Of a DNA stretch of 64,000 nt, positions 1 to 12,790 are shown in pieces. Below the pieces are notes generated by a model. That model worked only from the letters and a program-made list of their open reading frames with translations. It was not told where the DNA came from and ran no database searches. The position numbers and the translations under genes are program-made. Position 1 is the first letter of the stretch. Each line of letters starts with the position of its first letter. Source of the DNA: Azolla caroliniana (taxonomy: Eukaryota > Plantae > Polypodiophyta). The stretch is from positions 5,642,001 through 5,706,000 of the forward strand of contig JBHGNT010000022.1 in the NCBI GenBank assembly GCA_043228905.1, in the 5' to 3' direction.

Positions 1-1
1 G

Positions 2-829
2 GACCAGCAAGTAATATTCCATATCCCTTCCATGCTCAAGGGGACCTCCCCTGTAGTTTTCGATAAGAACAAGACAAGCCGGTTTGGGATCTTGGCCCGG
101 GACGCCATTGACGACACGGGATTGGAGTGGATCGACGTGCCGGATTGTTTCTGCTTTCATCTCTGGAATGCATGGGAAGAAAGGGATGGAGAGGAGATAG
201 TTATAATTGGATCTTGCATGACTCCGGCCGATGGAGTCTTCAACGGGTGCAATGATGTCAACGAACACTCCGATTCGAGTCCATTCAGGAGCATTTTGTC
301 GGAGGTGCGGCTTGACAGACACTCACGGACATCTCAAAGGCGGGAGATTACACCCTCGATGAACCTTGAGGCAGGGCACGTGAACCGCCACTACATTGGC
401 AAGAAGTCCCAGTACGCCTATCTCGCCATCACCGAGCCGTGGCCGAAAGTGTCGGGCATTGCCAAGGTTGACCTTACAACAAGGGTGTGTGGGGGTCATG
501 ATGGATCAATTCATGATATTTCTCATATCAATGAAGGTGATAAAACTCTTGATACTAGTGTTGTGGCTAAGTTCATGTTCAAGGAAGGATGCTATGGCGG
601 GGAGCCTATGTTTGTACCTAGCTATTGTGAGGACGCCGAAGGTGATGAGGATGATGGGTATGTTCTCACTTTCTTACATGATGAAGAATGTGGCAAATCG
701 GAGCTTCTTGTTCTTAATGCAAAGTCCCCTTGTCTTGATTTAGTTGCGTCGGTGAAGATTCCTTGTAGAGTACCATTTGGTTTCCATGGAACCTTTATCA
801 CATGCAAGGAGCTCCAAAAGCAACATTGA
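2..829 (+). CDS. NCED: 9-cis-epoxycarotenoid dioxygenase (RPE65/carotenoid oxygenase family), 3' part; 5' end lies outside the window
   Basis: The frame is open from base 2 (DQQVIFHIPSMLKG..SPVVFDKNKTSRFGIL). NCED motifs: CFCFHLWNAWEE, IGSCMTPAD, NLEAG.VN, YLAITEPWPKVSG.AKVDL, YGGEP.F, EDDGY, RVP.GFHGTF. Stop TGA at 827-829. No intron in this part. Confidence 0.88.
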   Translation, partial: DQQVIFHIPSMLKGTSPVVFDKNKTSRFGILARDAIDDTGLEWIDVPDCFCFHLWNAWEERDGEEIVIIGSCMTPADGVFNGCNDVNEHSDSSPFRSILSEVRLDRHSRTSQRREITPSMNLEAGHVNRHYIGKKSQYAYLAITEPWPKVSGIAKVDLTTRVCGGHDGSIHDISHINEGDKTLDTSVVAKFMFKEGCYGGEPMFVPSYCEDAEGDEDDGYVLTFLHDEECGKSELLVLNAKSPCLDLVASVKIPCRVPFGFHGTFITCKELQKQH

Positions 830-867
830 TCGTAGCAATTCTTAGCCTAATCTTAGCGAATCACGTG

Positions 868-1004
868 GTAGCCAAACAACATTATATCAAGCAACCGATG
901 AAATCAAGAAAATATATAGTAGACAATCTTAAGCAGTAGCCAAACAACATTATATCAAGCAACTGATGAAACCAAGAAAATATATAGCTCACAATGCTAA
1001 GTAG
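868..1004 (+). repeat. Two-copy ~68-bp tandem duplication in the NCED 3' flank
   Basis: gtagccaaacaacattatatcaagcaac..aagaaaatatatag occurs at 868 and 936. Confidence 0.85.
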
Positions 1005-3236
1005 GATTGGAAAGGAGATGGATACTTAGGAACAAAGAGCAAAGAGAGAACCATATGGAATCCTCAATGTTGATGATTCTCTTCCCTTTTGGTTTTGGGC
1101 CATGCATGGTGACAAACAAGGGAATGTAAATAAATAAAAAAGGTCCCTTCATAAATTAAGCCTCTTTTTTGTGCATAAAAGAGAAAAAGAGCACTTTTTG
1201 TGCATTAAATGAGATATGGGAAATGTTTTATAAATAAGGAAGCTCTTCTTAGTTCCTATCCTATGCTTTGGTTGTTTTTATCTAAAGTTCATTGTTTGCA
1301 TCATCATTCACTTTTTGCTTGGCTATTTGTGTAGGCTTTCCAATTATTTCCATCCATCCATCAATCAATCAAGCATCACATACTCATCATGGGTCATATC
1401 CTTAAAAAGGATACTAAATGTTAGTTGTAACTTGCGTACGTGCATCTCTCTATGTAGTCAATATATATGTGCACATGTACATAAATATTGTGTCTCATAT
1501 ATAGCAAGTTTTATATCAATTTTAAAAATAATGTACAAATAGAATCGATCTCATTTCTATAGACATTGGATGATTGGTTGGGCAAGTTTGGGGCTCTAGT
1601 CTGTGGCCGACATATTTTTTGAACACCTTTATAACAAATAGTCTAAAGTTTATAAACTCATTAGAAAGATGTAGAGTCAATCTATTTATGGTCAAATGCA
1701 TGATCATGGATTTTATGTGATGACTTTGGAATCAGCCACTGCCATACTATCACACAACCTCAAACATGAGTGTATGTATTTGTGCCATGCATGTTCATAC
1801 GATTGACCACCCAAAACATTTCTTTCTTTCTTTGCTATGCTAGGATTTAAATTTATCAACATGCCCGAAGAATGTAGTATTTAATTTCATAGATCCACAT
1901 AATCTTTCTCACATTTTCTTCACTCCACTAATACACAAAAAAAGGCAAGAAAGAAGTCTTGGCATACAACCAACGCACATAAGGCCCTTTGTTGCCTCCA
2001 TTTAAAAAAAAACTTACCAATATGAACAAAGCATAATATTCATTGAGCAAAACAATCGTGGTTGACATAAAAAGATGTAGCACTTGTGCTTGGTTATTGA
2101 TTAGTAGAGTTTGTTGTGCTTGTATATTGAGAGAATGTGTGAGAGGTTTTGCATTCCATATTGGAGCACATCTTGCTCTAGAAAATCCACTACAAAGCTC
2201 AAATTATGGCACAATTGTCATTGGATATAACAACTACTACACACAACTTGTCCTTATCAAGTCTACTACAATTGTGGAACACTTCGGTGTTTCTACTATG
2301 AGAATCTCTTACCCACGATAGCATAATTGTGACCATTTATATTAAGCAGCAAAATCTAGCACAAATGACTTCCATCACTCAAAATATTTTTTCGTTTAAA
2401 TGGAAAAGTTGAAGAACATTGTTACTGGCAAGATTAATGAAGTCACTCATAGAATGGATAAATCATGTAAATTGTATATATTGATCGTGAATAGACTATA
2501 TAGATGATATTTGGTTATCTCATATAAAAGTGTAGATGTTATGATAAGATAAGAAAGTACAAATATTGGTTATTATCTCAACTTTTGGATACCTATGCAT
2601 ACATGCACAAACCATGCTATTTGTATGTTTTATTCCAATTACATGTAATTAAGTAAATATAATGTTAAAGAGCTAGTTGAGAGACTTCATGGATGATGTT
2701 GGTATCTAAAGAGCATAATCAATAAACGTATAAGTGCAAGTGGAGACACAAATGATGGATCATTGGGAGAATTGAAGTTTGAAGCAAAACATTGCATCCA
2801 AGGACAATTCAATAATCTCTAAAATTGTTGAAGCCATTGCAATTTAGTGGTTAATATGGTAAACATATTATTTTCAATAAACTATTTAGAACTGACAAAG
2901 AATATTGGTAGGTTTTTGGATGAGGTAAAGGCATAATTGCTAAAAATGTTCATAGAGCAAAGTGTAGGTACATAATGGAGAACCACGTGAAGAGACAAGC
3001 TAAAGAAAATTAAAGGGAGATGTTGGCAACACTTTCCTATCACAATTAGAAGCATACAATGCATCTATAGAAGGATAGGATGTAGAATCATATATCACTA
3101 AAGAGTGAAAACATTAGTTGTTTCCTCCATACATGATGTTTTTAGACTGGTATGGATTAGAAGAGCATGTCACCACATTTCTATGCATTTGGAATCCAAA
3201 TTACTTACATCATAGTGATTGAGTATTGAGGATTCA

Positions 3237-4069
3237 TGTTGAGTGGACAAGCTCAACATGGGCCATTGGCTGAACAAGCCGAGAGTCGGATCGGATGAAG
3301 ACTGATCGGCTAGGCACGGATCGGATCGAAGAGTCTGATCGGAGGGAACTTGATCGGTGTGCCGATCAGTGTGATACAGATAGGCTATTAGAGGTTGTTG
3401 ATCTGCCAACAATCTACTGTTGTATCCGATAGACACAATAGGTTGAACGTTCAACCCCGAACGTTCAATCAAGATGATTGTGGTAGGAAATTGGATTGCT
3501 CGTACTAGTCTATACTCGAGAATTGATATACAAAGAATACTACTCTGATTGATAAGTATTGATGATCGACTATTCAGCTTTATATGGTTAATTAGTAGGT
3601 ACGGTAACCAGAAATTCGACATAGACACAGAATACTTGAGCACAAAATAAGATATAGTTGACACACAGATCACTAACTGTAAAAGAATACGTTTGCGGAA
3701 GCGTGTGTGATAGACATCGAGTACACAATTGGCTTCAGAAACTCGATAGTTCGGTATACACAGAGAATGGTGTGAGAGACAAAGATCAGAAAACAACTTC
3801 TATTACAAATAATGAACACTTTGTACATACATTGTGCTCAGTGAGCACTTTTTATACAAGCCCTTGATGGGTGGGCTAGCACAAGTATCATCAGTACTTG
3901 AATGCTCATAAATGAGCCTGATAGGAATTCTGCCTACAATATTCCTATTTACTATAATAGGAATATAGGCCCTCAACGGCCTTTCGGGATCCTTCTGACT
4001 CGGCTCACGACCCTCGACCCTCGGTTCTCAGCTTCTTTAGCCGATTCGTTCCATGTTCAACTCTCAACA
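3237..4069 (-). repeat. Probable 3' LTR of Copia-0
   Basis: Inverted termini tgttgag...ctcaaca. Followed by ctaaccctcaagc, a degenerate Copia PPT (gcttgaggg..ag on the minus strand). Minus-strand TATA near 3850. Confidence 0.6.
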
Positions 4070-4399
4070 CTAACCCTCAAGCTTAACTTGAGATCCCTCC
4101 GTGTCAGCTCCAGCTAGTTCATCATTCCAGCCTCTTCTCCTGGCATCTTGATGCCTTGCTTGTGCTCCTCGTCTAGTTTGGTCCCGCATCCCACGACCCC
4201 TCTGGTCCGAGGCTTCTTGACTCAACTAGTTCAGCACACCTCGACCCTTACGGTTGACTTGTGTGCTTCCAAGGCCCATGTGAGCTCCCTTGCTATCGCA
4301 GTGTTGACGCCCCTCGACCCGTCGGCTCCTCCATCTCGGCGTTGGTGTTGGATGCCTCCTTGTCCGTTTGGTCTCTGTGTAATTCGGCTGCAACTTGTC

Positions 4400-4812
4400 T
4401 AGACCCAGGGGTTTGGTGAAGATGTTAGCTACCTACCGATCAATCGGAACATAAAGAAGTTCAATTTCTCCGGAGAGGACTCACTCAAATACAAAATGAT
4501 AGTGCACCTTGATTTGCTTTGTCCGGGTGTGGAAGACATGGTTCTTCGCTAGTTGGATGTTGCTGAGGTTGTCGCAATATATCGTTGTCGGTTCAGACAA
4601 CTCCACCTACAAATCCTTTAAGAGCCTGTTTAGCCAAATGGCTTCGCATGTGGCAACAACCGCCCCTCAATACTCGGCCTTAGTGCTCGATAGTGCCACT
4701 GTCGGTTGCTTTTTGCTGCTCCAAGCGACCGCGGCACTTCCTAATGAGAACGTAAATCCAAATGTTGACCTACGATTGCCGACATTTCCGGCGTAATCAA
4801 CATCCGTGTAGG
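4400..4812 (-). pseudogene. Copia-0 RNase H remnant
   Basis: YTDVDYAG..RRSTFGFTFSLGSAAVAWSSKKQPTVALSSTKAEY, ending at ..IFTKPLG. Confidence 0.85.
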
Positions 4813-5096
4813 TGACTTGTACAGAATAGTGCGGAATATTGCTCGGCCACAACTGAGTCTAGAATCACTTCAATGAGAATGAATCACAGAAATGGGAAGT
4901 AGAGAGTACACAAAATGTTTACGTGGAAAAACCCTAATGGGAAAAAAACCACAGAAGCCCACAGACTCCAAGCTACACTATATGTAGGAAAGATACAATC
5001 AGAGACTCCGAGGCAACAACCTTGAGCTATGTATCTTTGCCAATTGGCGGTTACAACAGAGTATAACTTTGTATCTCCTCTCTCTCTATACAACAG
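4813..5096 (-). repeat. Truncated Copia LTR (relative of the Copia-1 LTR) inserted in Copia-0 and interrupted by Copia-1
   Basis: Starts tgac. Shares gctcggccacaac, acgtggaaaaaccct..gaaaaaaaccac and ggcggttacaacaga with the Copia-1 LTR. Confidence 0.7.
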
Positions 5097-5819
5097 TGAC
5101 AGGAACTACACGCTCCGATGAACACCGCTCGGCCACAACCGAGCTTAGAATCAAACACAGAAAACGGGGAAGGAAAAAAAAAAAACACGACACAAATGAT
5201 AGAAGAGTACACAGGATGTTTAACGTGGAAAACCCTGAGAGGGAAAAACCACGGGAGTCCACAGACTCCAAACTATCACTATATCACAATAATTACAACA
5301 GTGGGCTCACGGAGGCAACGACCTCGCGCTCTCGATCTTCGCCACAGGCGGCAGTTACAACAGAAGCAACAACCTCTTCCTCTCTCTCTCTCTCTCTCTC
5401 TCTCTGTACACTGTTACGCGCTCTAATCTTGCGCCAACAAGAATGACAACCACATATACTAAGTTTGCCCTAAGTCATATTTATACTAATATGACTTTTC
5501 AGCTATTTACAAATATAGCCCCGATGGACTCTCAAAAACATATTTACGAATATGTCCCTTCCATCCGGTGAGCACTTCTCACCAGGCCTTCACCATCCAA
5601 CTCTTGCCGGGTACTCTTCCTCCGGTTCTCACCGGGTCTTCCGTAGTCGGGTACTCTTCATCCGGTTCTCACCGGGTCTTCCGTAGTCGGGTACTCTTCA
5701 TCCGATTCTCACCGGGTCTTCCGTAGTCGGGTACTCTTCATCTGGTTTCGGCCTCGGCCGAGTTTGCTCATCGGTACTGTTCTTCTCACTTCCCATCCGG
5801 AGGGACCTGTTTCCTAACA
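5097..5819 (-). repeat. Copia-1 3' LTR with 40-bp U3 tandem repeats
   Basis: tgacagg...cctaaca. Three full copies of gggtactcttcatccggttctcaccgggtcttccgtagtc at ~5609-5728. Confidence 0.93.
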
Positions 5820-5829
5820 AACTCCCTCT

Positions 5830-8800
5830 TCACTCTGACATGGGATGTCTTACTAGTCCGATCTGCTTCCGGCATGCATCCAGCTTGTCGGGTATCAATA
5901 CTTTGGTCAGCATATCTGACCCAATCTCGGCCGTGTGGATCTTCGTCAATGCGAACTCCTGTTCATCTACTCTTTCCTGGATCCAGTGATACCTTCGATG
6001 GATATGCTTCGTCCAGGAATGGTAGGCCGCATTCTTAGCAAGGTGGATGGCACTTTGACTATCGCAATAGAGCCGATATTCATCTTGCCAGATAACGAGC
6101 TCTTCGATGAAGTCCTTCATCCATAATATTTCCTTGTCGGCTTCCACAACAGCCATGTACTCCGCCTCCATGGTTGACAGTGCAACCGTCTTCTGCAGCC
6201 TCGACTGCCACGAAACAACTCCCCTTGCATATGTCATTACATACCCGAATGTAGACCAGCTGGTATCCACATCAGCCGACATGTCCGAATCGGTAAAACT
6301 GTCAAGGTGAGGTTTTCTGGAGCTGAATCGGAGACAAATATTTGAAGTGCCCTTCAAGTACCGGAGTATCCATTTGATAGTGTTCCAGTGCTCCTTGCCG
6401 GGATTGCTCATAAACCGGCTCACCACTTCGACTACGTATCCTATATCCGGTCTGGTACACACCATTGTGTACATTAAGCTCCCGACGGCAGAGGCATATG
6501 GAACCTTCATCATATCCGCCTTCTCTGCTTTCTTCTTCGGGCTTTGCTTACCGGATAACCTGCAGTTTGCCGGAAGTGTCGATCCGACCGGTTTCGCATC
6601 TGACATGTTGAACCGTTGAAGCACCTTTGTCACGTATTTCTCCTGTGACAGCCACAGTTGCTTCGTTGGCCAGTTCCGGATGATATGCATCCCCAACATT
6701 TGTCTTGCCGGGCCCAAGTCTTTCATCGTGAAGGTTTGGTTGAGAGCCTTCTTCAACATTCGTATTTTGGCTTGGTACCGTCCGACGATCAACATGTCGT
6801 CCACGTATAGAAGGAGTATCATGAAGTCGCCTCCTTCGAACTTCTTCACAAACACACAGTGATCAGCCCGTGTCTTGTGGTACCCTTGATTGGTCATGAA
6901 GGAGTCGAACTTCGGGTACCATTGTCGGGGAGCTTGCTTGAGTCCGTACAAGCTCTTCTTCAACCAGCAAACCAGGTGCTCCTTCCCTTTCTCCACAAAT
7001 CCTTCCGGTTGCTGCATGTAGGTCACCTGAAGGAATGTCGTCTTCACGTCCAGCTGCTCTACCTCAAGGTCCATGCTTGCCGCTATACTCAACACCGTCC
7101 GAATGGAGGTCATCTTTACAACCGGGGCAAATATCTCGTCGAAGTCCACGCCCTTCTTTTGCTGGAACCCCTTCACCACGATCCTGGCTTGGTATCTCGG
7201 GGGGTTACCGACATCTCCCGGTTTCAACTTGTACACCCACTTGTTTCGGAGTGCCCGCTTTCCTTTAGGCAACTCCACCAATTCGTACGTATGGTTCTCA
7301 TGTAGGGATTCCATCTCATCTTGCATGGCACTGAACCATTTGCGGTTGTGGGTGTCATCCTTCGCTTCTTCGAAGCTTTCTGGCTCCCCCTGATTGGTTA
7401 GCAACACATGCTCTGCATTCGGAAATCTTCGGGGGCCCTTCTCTCTCTGAGAGGATATCTCCGTCTTTGGCCTTCGGCAACCGGCTCCACTATTTGATCT
7501 TCATCCGAATCCGATTCGGGGTCTTGGCCGGTTCCGGTTTCAGCTTCCTCTACTTCTTCTTCTGCCGGTTCGGTATCCTCACCGTAAACGGCTGGTTCCT
7601 CGAGTGCTAACCGGTCTCTTGCCGGTTGGGTCTGCTCATCGTAGAATCGATCCTTACCGGTCGACTCGGAGTTCATTATCTTCTTCTCTGACTCCCAATC
7701 GGCGAGCGTCTTGTCCTCCATGAAGATAATATCTCGACTCCGGAATACCTTCTTGTCGACCAGGTCCCACACTCGGTAGCCGAACTCATCGTCGCCGTAA
7801 CCGAGGAATATGCATGGCCGGGTCTTCGGATCCAACTTTCCTCTCCGGTCCTTAGCTACATGCACGTACACGAGACACCCGAATACCTTTAGATGCTGGT
7901 AGGACACTTCCTTACTAGTCCAGAGTCTCTGTGGCGTGTCTCCGTCCAAGGGTACTGAGGGTGATCTGTTTATCACATATGTCGCCATCGACAGTGCGTT
8001 AGCCCAAAACTTCTTGGGTAGTTTTGCATGCGCCAGCATACTCCGGACCCTCTCCATTACGGTCCGGTTCATCCTCTCGGCCAACCCGTTTAGTTCCGGC
8101 GTCTTCGACACGGTAAATTCGAGCCGGATTCCCTTCGAGCGACAGTACTCCTCGAATTGCCCCCGGTATTCACCTCCGTTATCTACTCGAACCGCCTTCA
8201 GCTTCCGTCCGGTTTCTCTTTCCACTCTCGCGTGGAGCTCTTTGAAGACGGATAGCACCTGATCCTTCGTCTTCAACGGTGTGGCCCATAGCTTCCTGCT
8301 ATGGTCATCTATGAACATCACGAAGTACTGCGATCCTGCATGTGACTTCGTGTCCACTTGACACACATCAGTATGCACCAACTCTAGTGGTGCATTACGT
8401 CTCATCGGTGGCCTTGGTCGGAAGGAGGTCCGGTTTTTCTTACCGGCCAGACAATCAGTGCACTTCTCCAAGTGCACGTTCTTCACTGGAATGAGGTTGT
8501 CGTCTACAAGCCTCTTCATCCCCTTCTCGCTCATGTGACACAACCTTTTGTGCCACAGCTCACCGACAGTGTGGGATGCCAGGTTCACTTCCTCCAGACA
8601 TAACCAGGCATTCATCAGGTATAGTGTTTACCTTCCGGGCCCGAGCCACAATCACTCTCCCTTTGCTGAACTTCATAACACCGTTCCGGATGCTACCCGT
8701 GTAGCCTTCATCATCTAGCCGATCGGCTGATATCAGGTCCAGAAGAACCTCCGGAATGTGTCAGACAGCCTTCAACAACAGCTTGCATCCGGTTGGTGTT

Positions 8801-9859
8801 GTTAGCCACACGTCTCTTATACCGACAATTCGGCATGTACCTTCATTCCCCATCCGGACACAGCCGTGATCACCGGCTGAGTAGGATGAGAAGCATTTCC
8901 GGTCTGGGGTAAGGTGGAACGACGCTCCGGAGTCAACCACCCAAGTCATCTCGTCGCCGGCAAGGTTTATCTCACTCTCCTCGGTGATGAGCATCAACTC
9001 TTCTTCACTCGCCGTGATTGCCGTCGTTCCCTTCCGGTCCGTTCCCCTCCGGTCTTTACCGTTCCGGTCCATTGTCCACTTCGAATCGGTACCGTCGGTT
9101 TCCTTGTCTTTTCGGAAATGCCGACAGTTCTTCTAGAAGTGTACCGGCTGGCTGCAATAGAAGCAAGTAGGTCTGCCCCTTGACTTTGACCGTGTCCCTG
9201 ACTTTTCCCGGTTCTGGGGACTGTGGTTCCTTTGTCTTCCGCGTTCCAATTCAGTAAGGAGCGCTTTGGAGTCGGAGCTCGTATCCTTATCTTTCCGACG
9301 TGCCTCCTCATCTAGCAATCTCGACTTCACTCTTGCTAGGGATAACCGTTTCCCTTCCGGCCCGGCGTTGCCCAAGGTGACCACCAACGTCTCGTAGCTA
9401 TCTAGGAGGGAACCGAGCAGGAGTAGTGATAATACCTCATTGGCAAGAGGAACTTCCAATGATGTTGCCTGGTGGATCAGCCCCTGGAAGGCATTCATGT
9501 GCTCCGCCATGCTGGAGCCATCTTGGTACCGGAGTCTTACTATAGCTTCCGAAATACCGAAACCTGATTGACAACATTTTTGTTCTGAAACATAATGCCG
9601 ATCTTCTCCCAGAGCTCATGAGCCTTGCTCTCTTCATTGAAGCTGTTGTATAGACTCATGTCGATGAAGCACCGTATGTAAGCCGTTGTCTTCATGTGCA
9701 TCACCTTCCATTTGTGGCATTGATTTTGTCTGGTCTCTTGTCCCCAAACTGAACCGGCAACCAAAGATCTTTAACCACGAGCATGTCCCTCATCTTCGAC
9801 TTCCACACTGAATAGTTGGAGCCGGTGAGCTTGAACATGCCGCCCAACGATTCATCCAT
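5830..9859 (-). pseudogene. Copia-1 gag-pol polyprotein (frameshifts, small deletions)
   Basis: Gag zinc-knuckle remnant (CFYC), protease WVVDSGASFH, GAG-pre-integrase WHKRLCH, integrase (VHTD/DNGGEY/GLAER), RT LLYVDDML, RNase H SWQSRLQ..EAEY. Split over ORFs 9540-9764, 9133-9510, 8761-9072, 7398-8615 and 5830-7407. Confidence 0.95.
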
Positions 9860-9874
9860 TTTCTGTGTCGTTTC

Positions 9875-9886
9875 GCTCTGATACCA
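9875..9886 (-). promoter_or_regulatory. Copia-1 primer-binding site (tRNA-iMet)
   Basis: TGGTATCAGAGC on the minus strand, 3 nt from the LTR end. Confidence 0.92.
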
Positions 9887-9889
9887 CTT

Positions 9890-10439
9890 TGACAGGAACT
9901 ACACGCTCCGATGAACACACAACCGAGCTTAGAATCAAACACAGAAAATGGGGAAGAAAAAAACAAACGACACAAGAGAGAAGAGTACACAGGATGTTTA
10001 ACGTGGAAAACCCTGAGAGGGAAAAACCACGGGACTTCACAGACTCCACACTATCACTATATCACAATGATTACAACAGTGAGCTCACGGAGGCAACGAC
10101 CTCACGCTCTCGATCTTCGCAACAGGCGGCGGTTACAACAGAGGCAACGACCTCTTCCTCTCTCTCTCTCTCTCTCTCTAAACACTATTACGCGCTCTAA
10201 TCTTGCGCCAACAAGAATGACAACAACCACAAATACTATGTTTGCCCTAAGTCATATTTATACTAATATGACTTTTCGGATATTTACAAATATAGCTTCG
10301 ATGGACTCTCAGAAAAATATTTAGGAATATGTCCCTTCCATCCAGTGAGCACTTCTCACCGGGCCTTCACCATCCGGCTCTTGTCGGGTACTCTTCATCC
10401 GGTTCTCAGCGGGTCTTCCGTAGTCGGGTACTCTTCATC
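9890..10439 (-). repeat. Copia-1 5' LTR (part left of the Gypsy-1 insertion)
   Basis: Direct repeat of the sequence starting at 5097. Continues after the TSD at 20251-20255. Confidence 0.92.
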
Positions 10440-10877
10440 TGTGATGATATGGCAAGACTCGAACCCATGACCTTACGTTATATGGGTCGAGCTGTTGACC
10501 ATTAGATCATCTATTGTAATACGTAGGATATTATTTTCATTTACATTTTATTATAGGAAATTAGTGTATATTCCAGATTTCTCTGGAACATTCTAGAAGT
10601 TTCAGGATTACTCCTAAAAACACTATAAAAGAGGGCACTAGGCATTATGTTGAACCAAATTGGTTCAATGCCAGTCTTAAGCCTTTTAGCCACCATTGTA
10701 TATTCTCTTCATATAATACATATCTTTCTTATCATCACTCTCTCTCTCTCTCTCAATCTCTCTCTTTCTCTTTGTCTCGCTCACTTCTTCCTTCTCTCGA
10801 AGAAGTTCCACACCTCTCATAGTACTAATCCTTCGTTTAGTACTAATTCCTTCTCTGTCTCAGTACTGTTCATGACA
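10440..10877 (+). repeat. Gypsy-1 5' LTR
   Basis: tgt..catgaca termini. TATAAAA at 10624. CT microsatellite. Confidence 0.95.
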
Positions 10878-11699
10878 GTTTGAACCAATTTTGGCCCTAC
10901 CTTCTATCTCTCTCATTTCCTACTAATCTTTTATTCCTCTTTTCTTTCATCCCATGGCCACTGTTAGCGCTGAAGAATATCAATTTGTTTTCTCAGAATT
11001 TCAATGCTTGAAGGAGAAGTTCCATGCTTTGGAACAAGAAAACCAACGGTTGCTGGGGGATCTTCAACAAATCTCCTTAGAAAAGCAGCAAACGCAACAA
11101 CAACATGGGGAACTTGCGTTACGCGTGCAACAACTCGAAGCAACCATCGTAGAGATGCAACAACAAGGGCCCGGAACACAAGGGATTCATAAAGAACCCA
11201 AGATTGGCCTTCCCACAAAGTTCGATGGAACGCGATCGCAGTTTAGAGGGTTCCTTAACCAGGTACGATTAGTTATTCAAATGCATCCTTCCCAATATCC
11301 CACTGATGCATCACGACCGGGTTTAGTAGGCACTTTGTTAAGTGGCTCAGCGTTGTCATGGTTAGCTCCACTATTTTTTTTACCATAAAACATATGCTCC
11401 ATTGGTATTAATAAAAAGCCCGGAGGCAGTATACAAATAGTACATAATATTGTTTCATCTCCACAGTATATCTGAAATGATTCTAGTATTTGTAAAAACT
11501 GTTGGGAAAAAAAAAAAAAAAACCAGCCATAAAACACAGCATTGATTCCAGTGATCTGCTGCAGATTCCATGTCCTCCGTCTTTCCAATCATATGTGTCA
11601 GGTGTAAGAAGATTTCCGTCTCTGTAAGAAGATTCACCATCCCAACAGAAGCAGTTGCAAACAGATCCCATTTGCTTCGATCCCCACAACTTATTCACT

Positions 11700-12790
11700 C
11701 TCCCTTCATGATGTGCTTCGGCCCCCTCACCATCATCACTCCTAAAATCAACCAAATTGCTTCATTCAGTCCACCTCCACCATCTCGCCGAATGCCACCA
11801 ATGTCCTGTGGAATTAACAACAAAATAAATAAAAATTCCTCATCCCCTCATGAGCTGCTTCGATCCCCCCCACCATCATCACTCCTAAAACAGACACATT
11901 GCTTCCTTTAGTCCACATCCACCATCTCGCCGAATAGGACCAATGTCCTGTGCAATGAATCAACAAAAATGAGAAATTGTTCCTCATTCCCTCATGATTT
12001 GCTTCGTTCCCCCACACCATCGTCACTCCTAAAAACAGAGAAATTGCTTCAGTCAAACCACATCCACCATCTCGCCGAATACCACCTCTGACCTATACAA
12101 AAACAACAAAAACAAGTGAATAATGGTTCCTCATCCCCTCATGATTTGCTTCTGTCCCCCCCACCATCATCACTCCTAAAAACAAACAAATTGCTTCAAT
12201 CAATCCACATCCACCATCTCGCCGAGTACCGCCAATATCCTGTGTAATTAACAACAAAATAAGTGAACAATGATTCCTCTCCCCTCCTTATCTGCTTCAG
12301 CCCTCCCACCAACACCACTCATCCTCACACCATGACAAAGTTGCTTCAAATCCCACTGCCATCATCCCGCAACCTATGAGAACCATAATATCTGTCTTAA
12401 GTCAACCCATATGTAGGGTATCTTGCTTCCCCTATTCCATCTCACTGATTAATGCGGCCCTGTAACACAACAAAAATGAGCGAAAATCATTCCTCGCCTT
12501 CTCATAATAATCTGCTTCAGCCCCCACTCCAACATCACTCATCCTAACCACAAAAAACAGAAAAACGGCTTCGTCCTGTCCCCATCTACCATCTCACTAT
12601 CTCCGATTCGACAATCCTGTTACACTAACAACCAACAAACGAGTAGAAAACAAACAGAAATCCTCACCTTCTCCTAGTAATGTTTGACAACCCCCACCAC
12701 CATCAGTCATCCTAATCACAAAACAACTTAAACCTATTTCAACCTGTCCACATCCACCATGTCGATGTCTCTGATTATCACACGAAATCT
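11700..12790 (-). repeat. ~144-bp tandem repeat array in the LINE 3' UTR
   Basis: The unit tcccctcatgatttgcttc..ccccaccatcatcactcctaaaa..ccaccatctcgccgaat recurs near 11701, 11843, 11987, 12134 and 12280, with degenerate copies to ~12790. Confidence 0.85.

Noticed and set aside
2340-3236. Possible decayed DNA-transposon coding relic
   Set aside because: The composition hints at old coding sequence, but I could not identify a convincing motif, TIR or TSD.
3170-3796. 208-aa minus-strand ORF
   Set aside because: Lies mostly within an LTR, has a non-ATG start and no recognisable domain.
5609-5740. CRISPR-like regular repeats (also 22747-22910, 46735-46920, 57863-57980)
   Set aside because: Head-to-tail repeats with no unique spacers, no cas genes, and a eukaryotic retroelement context.
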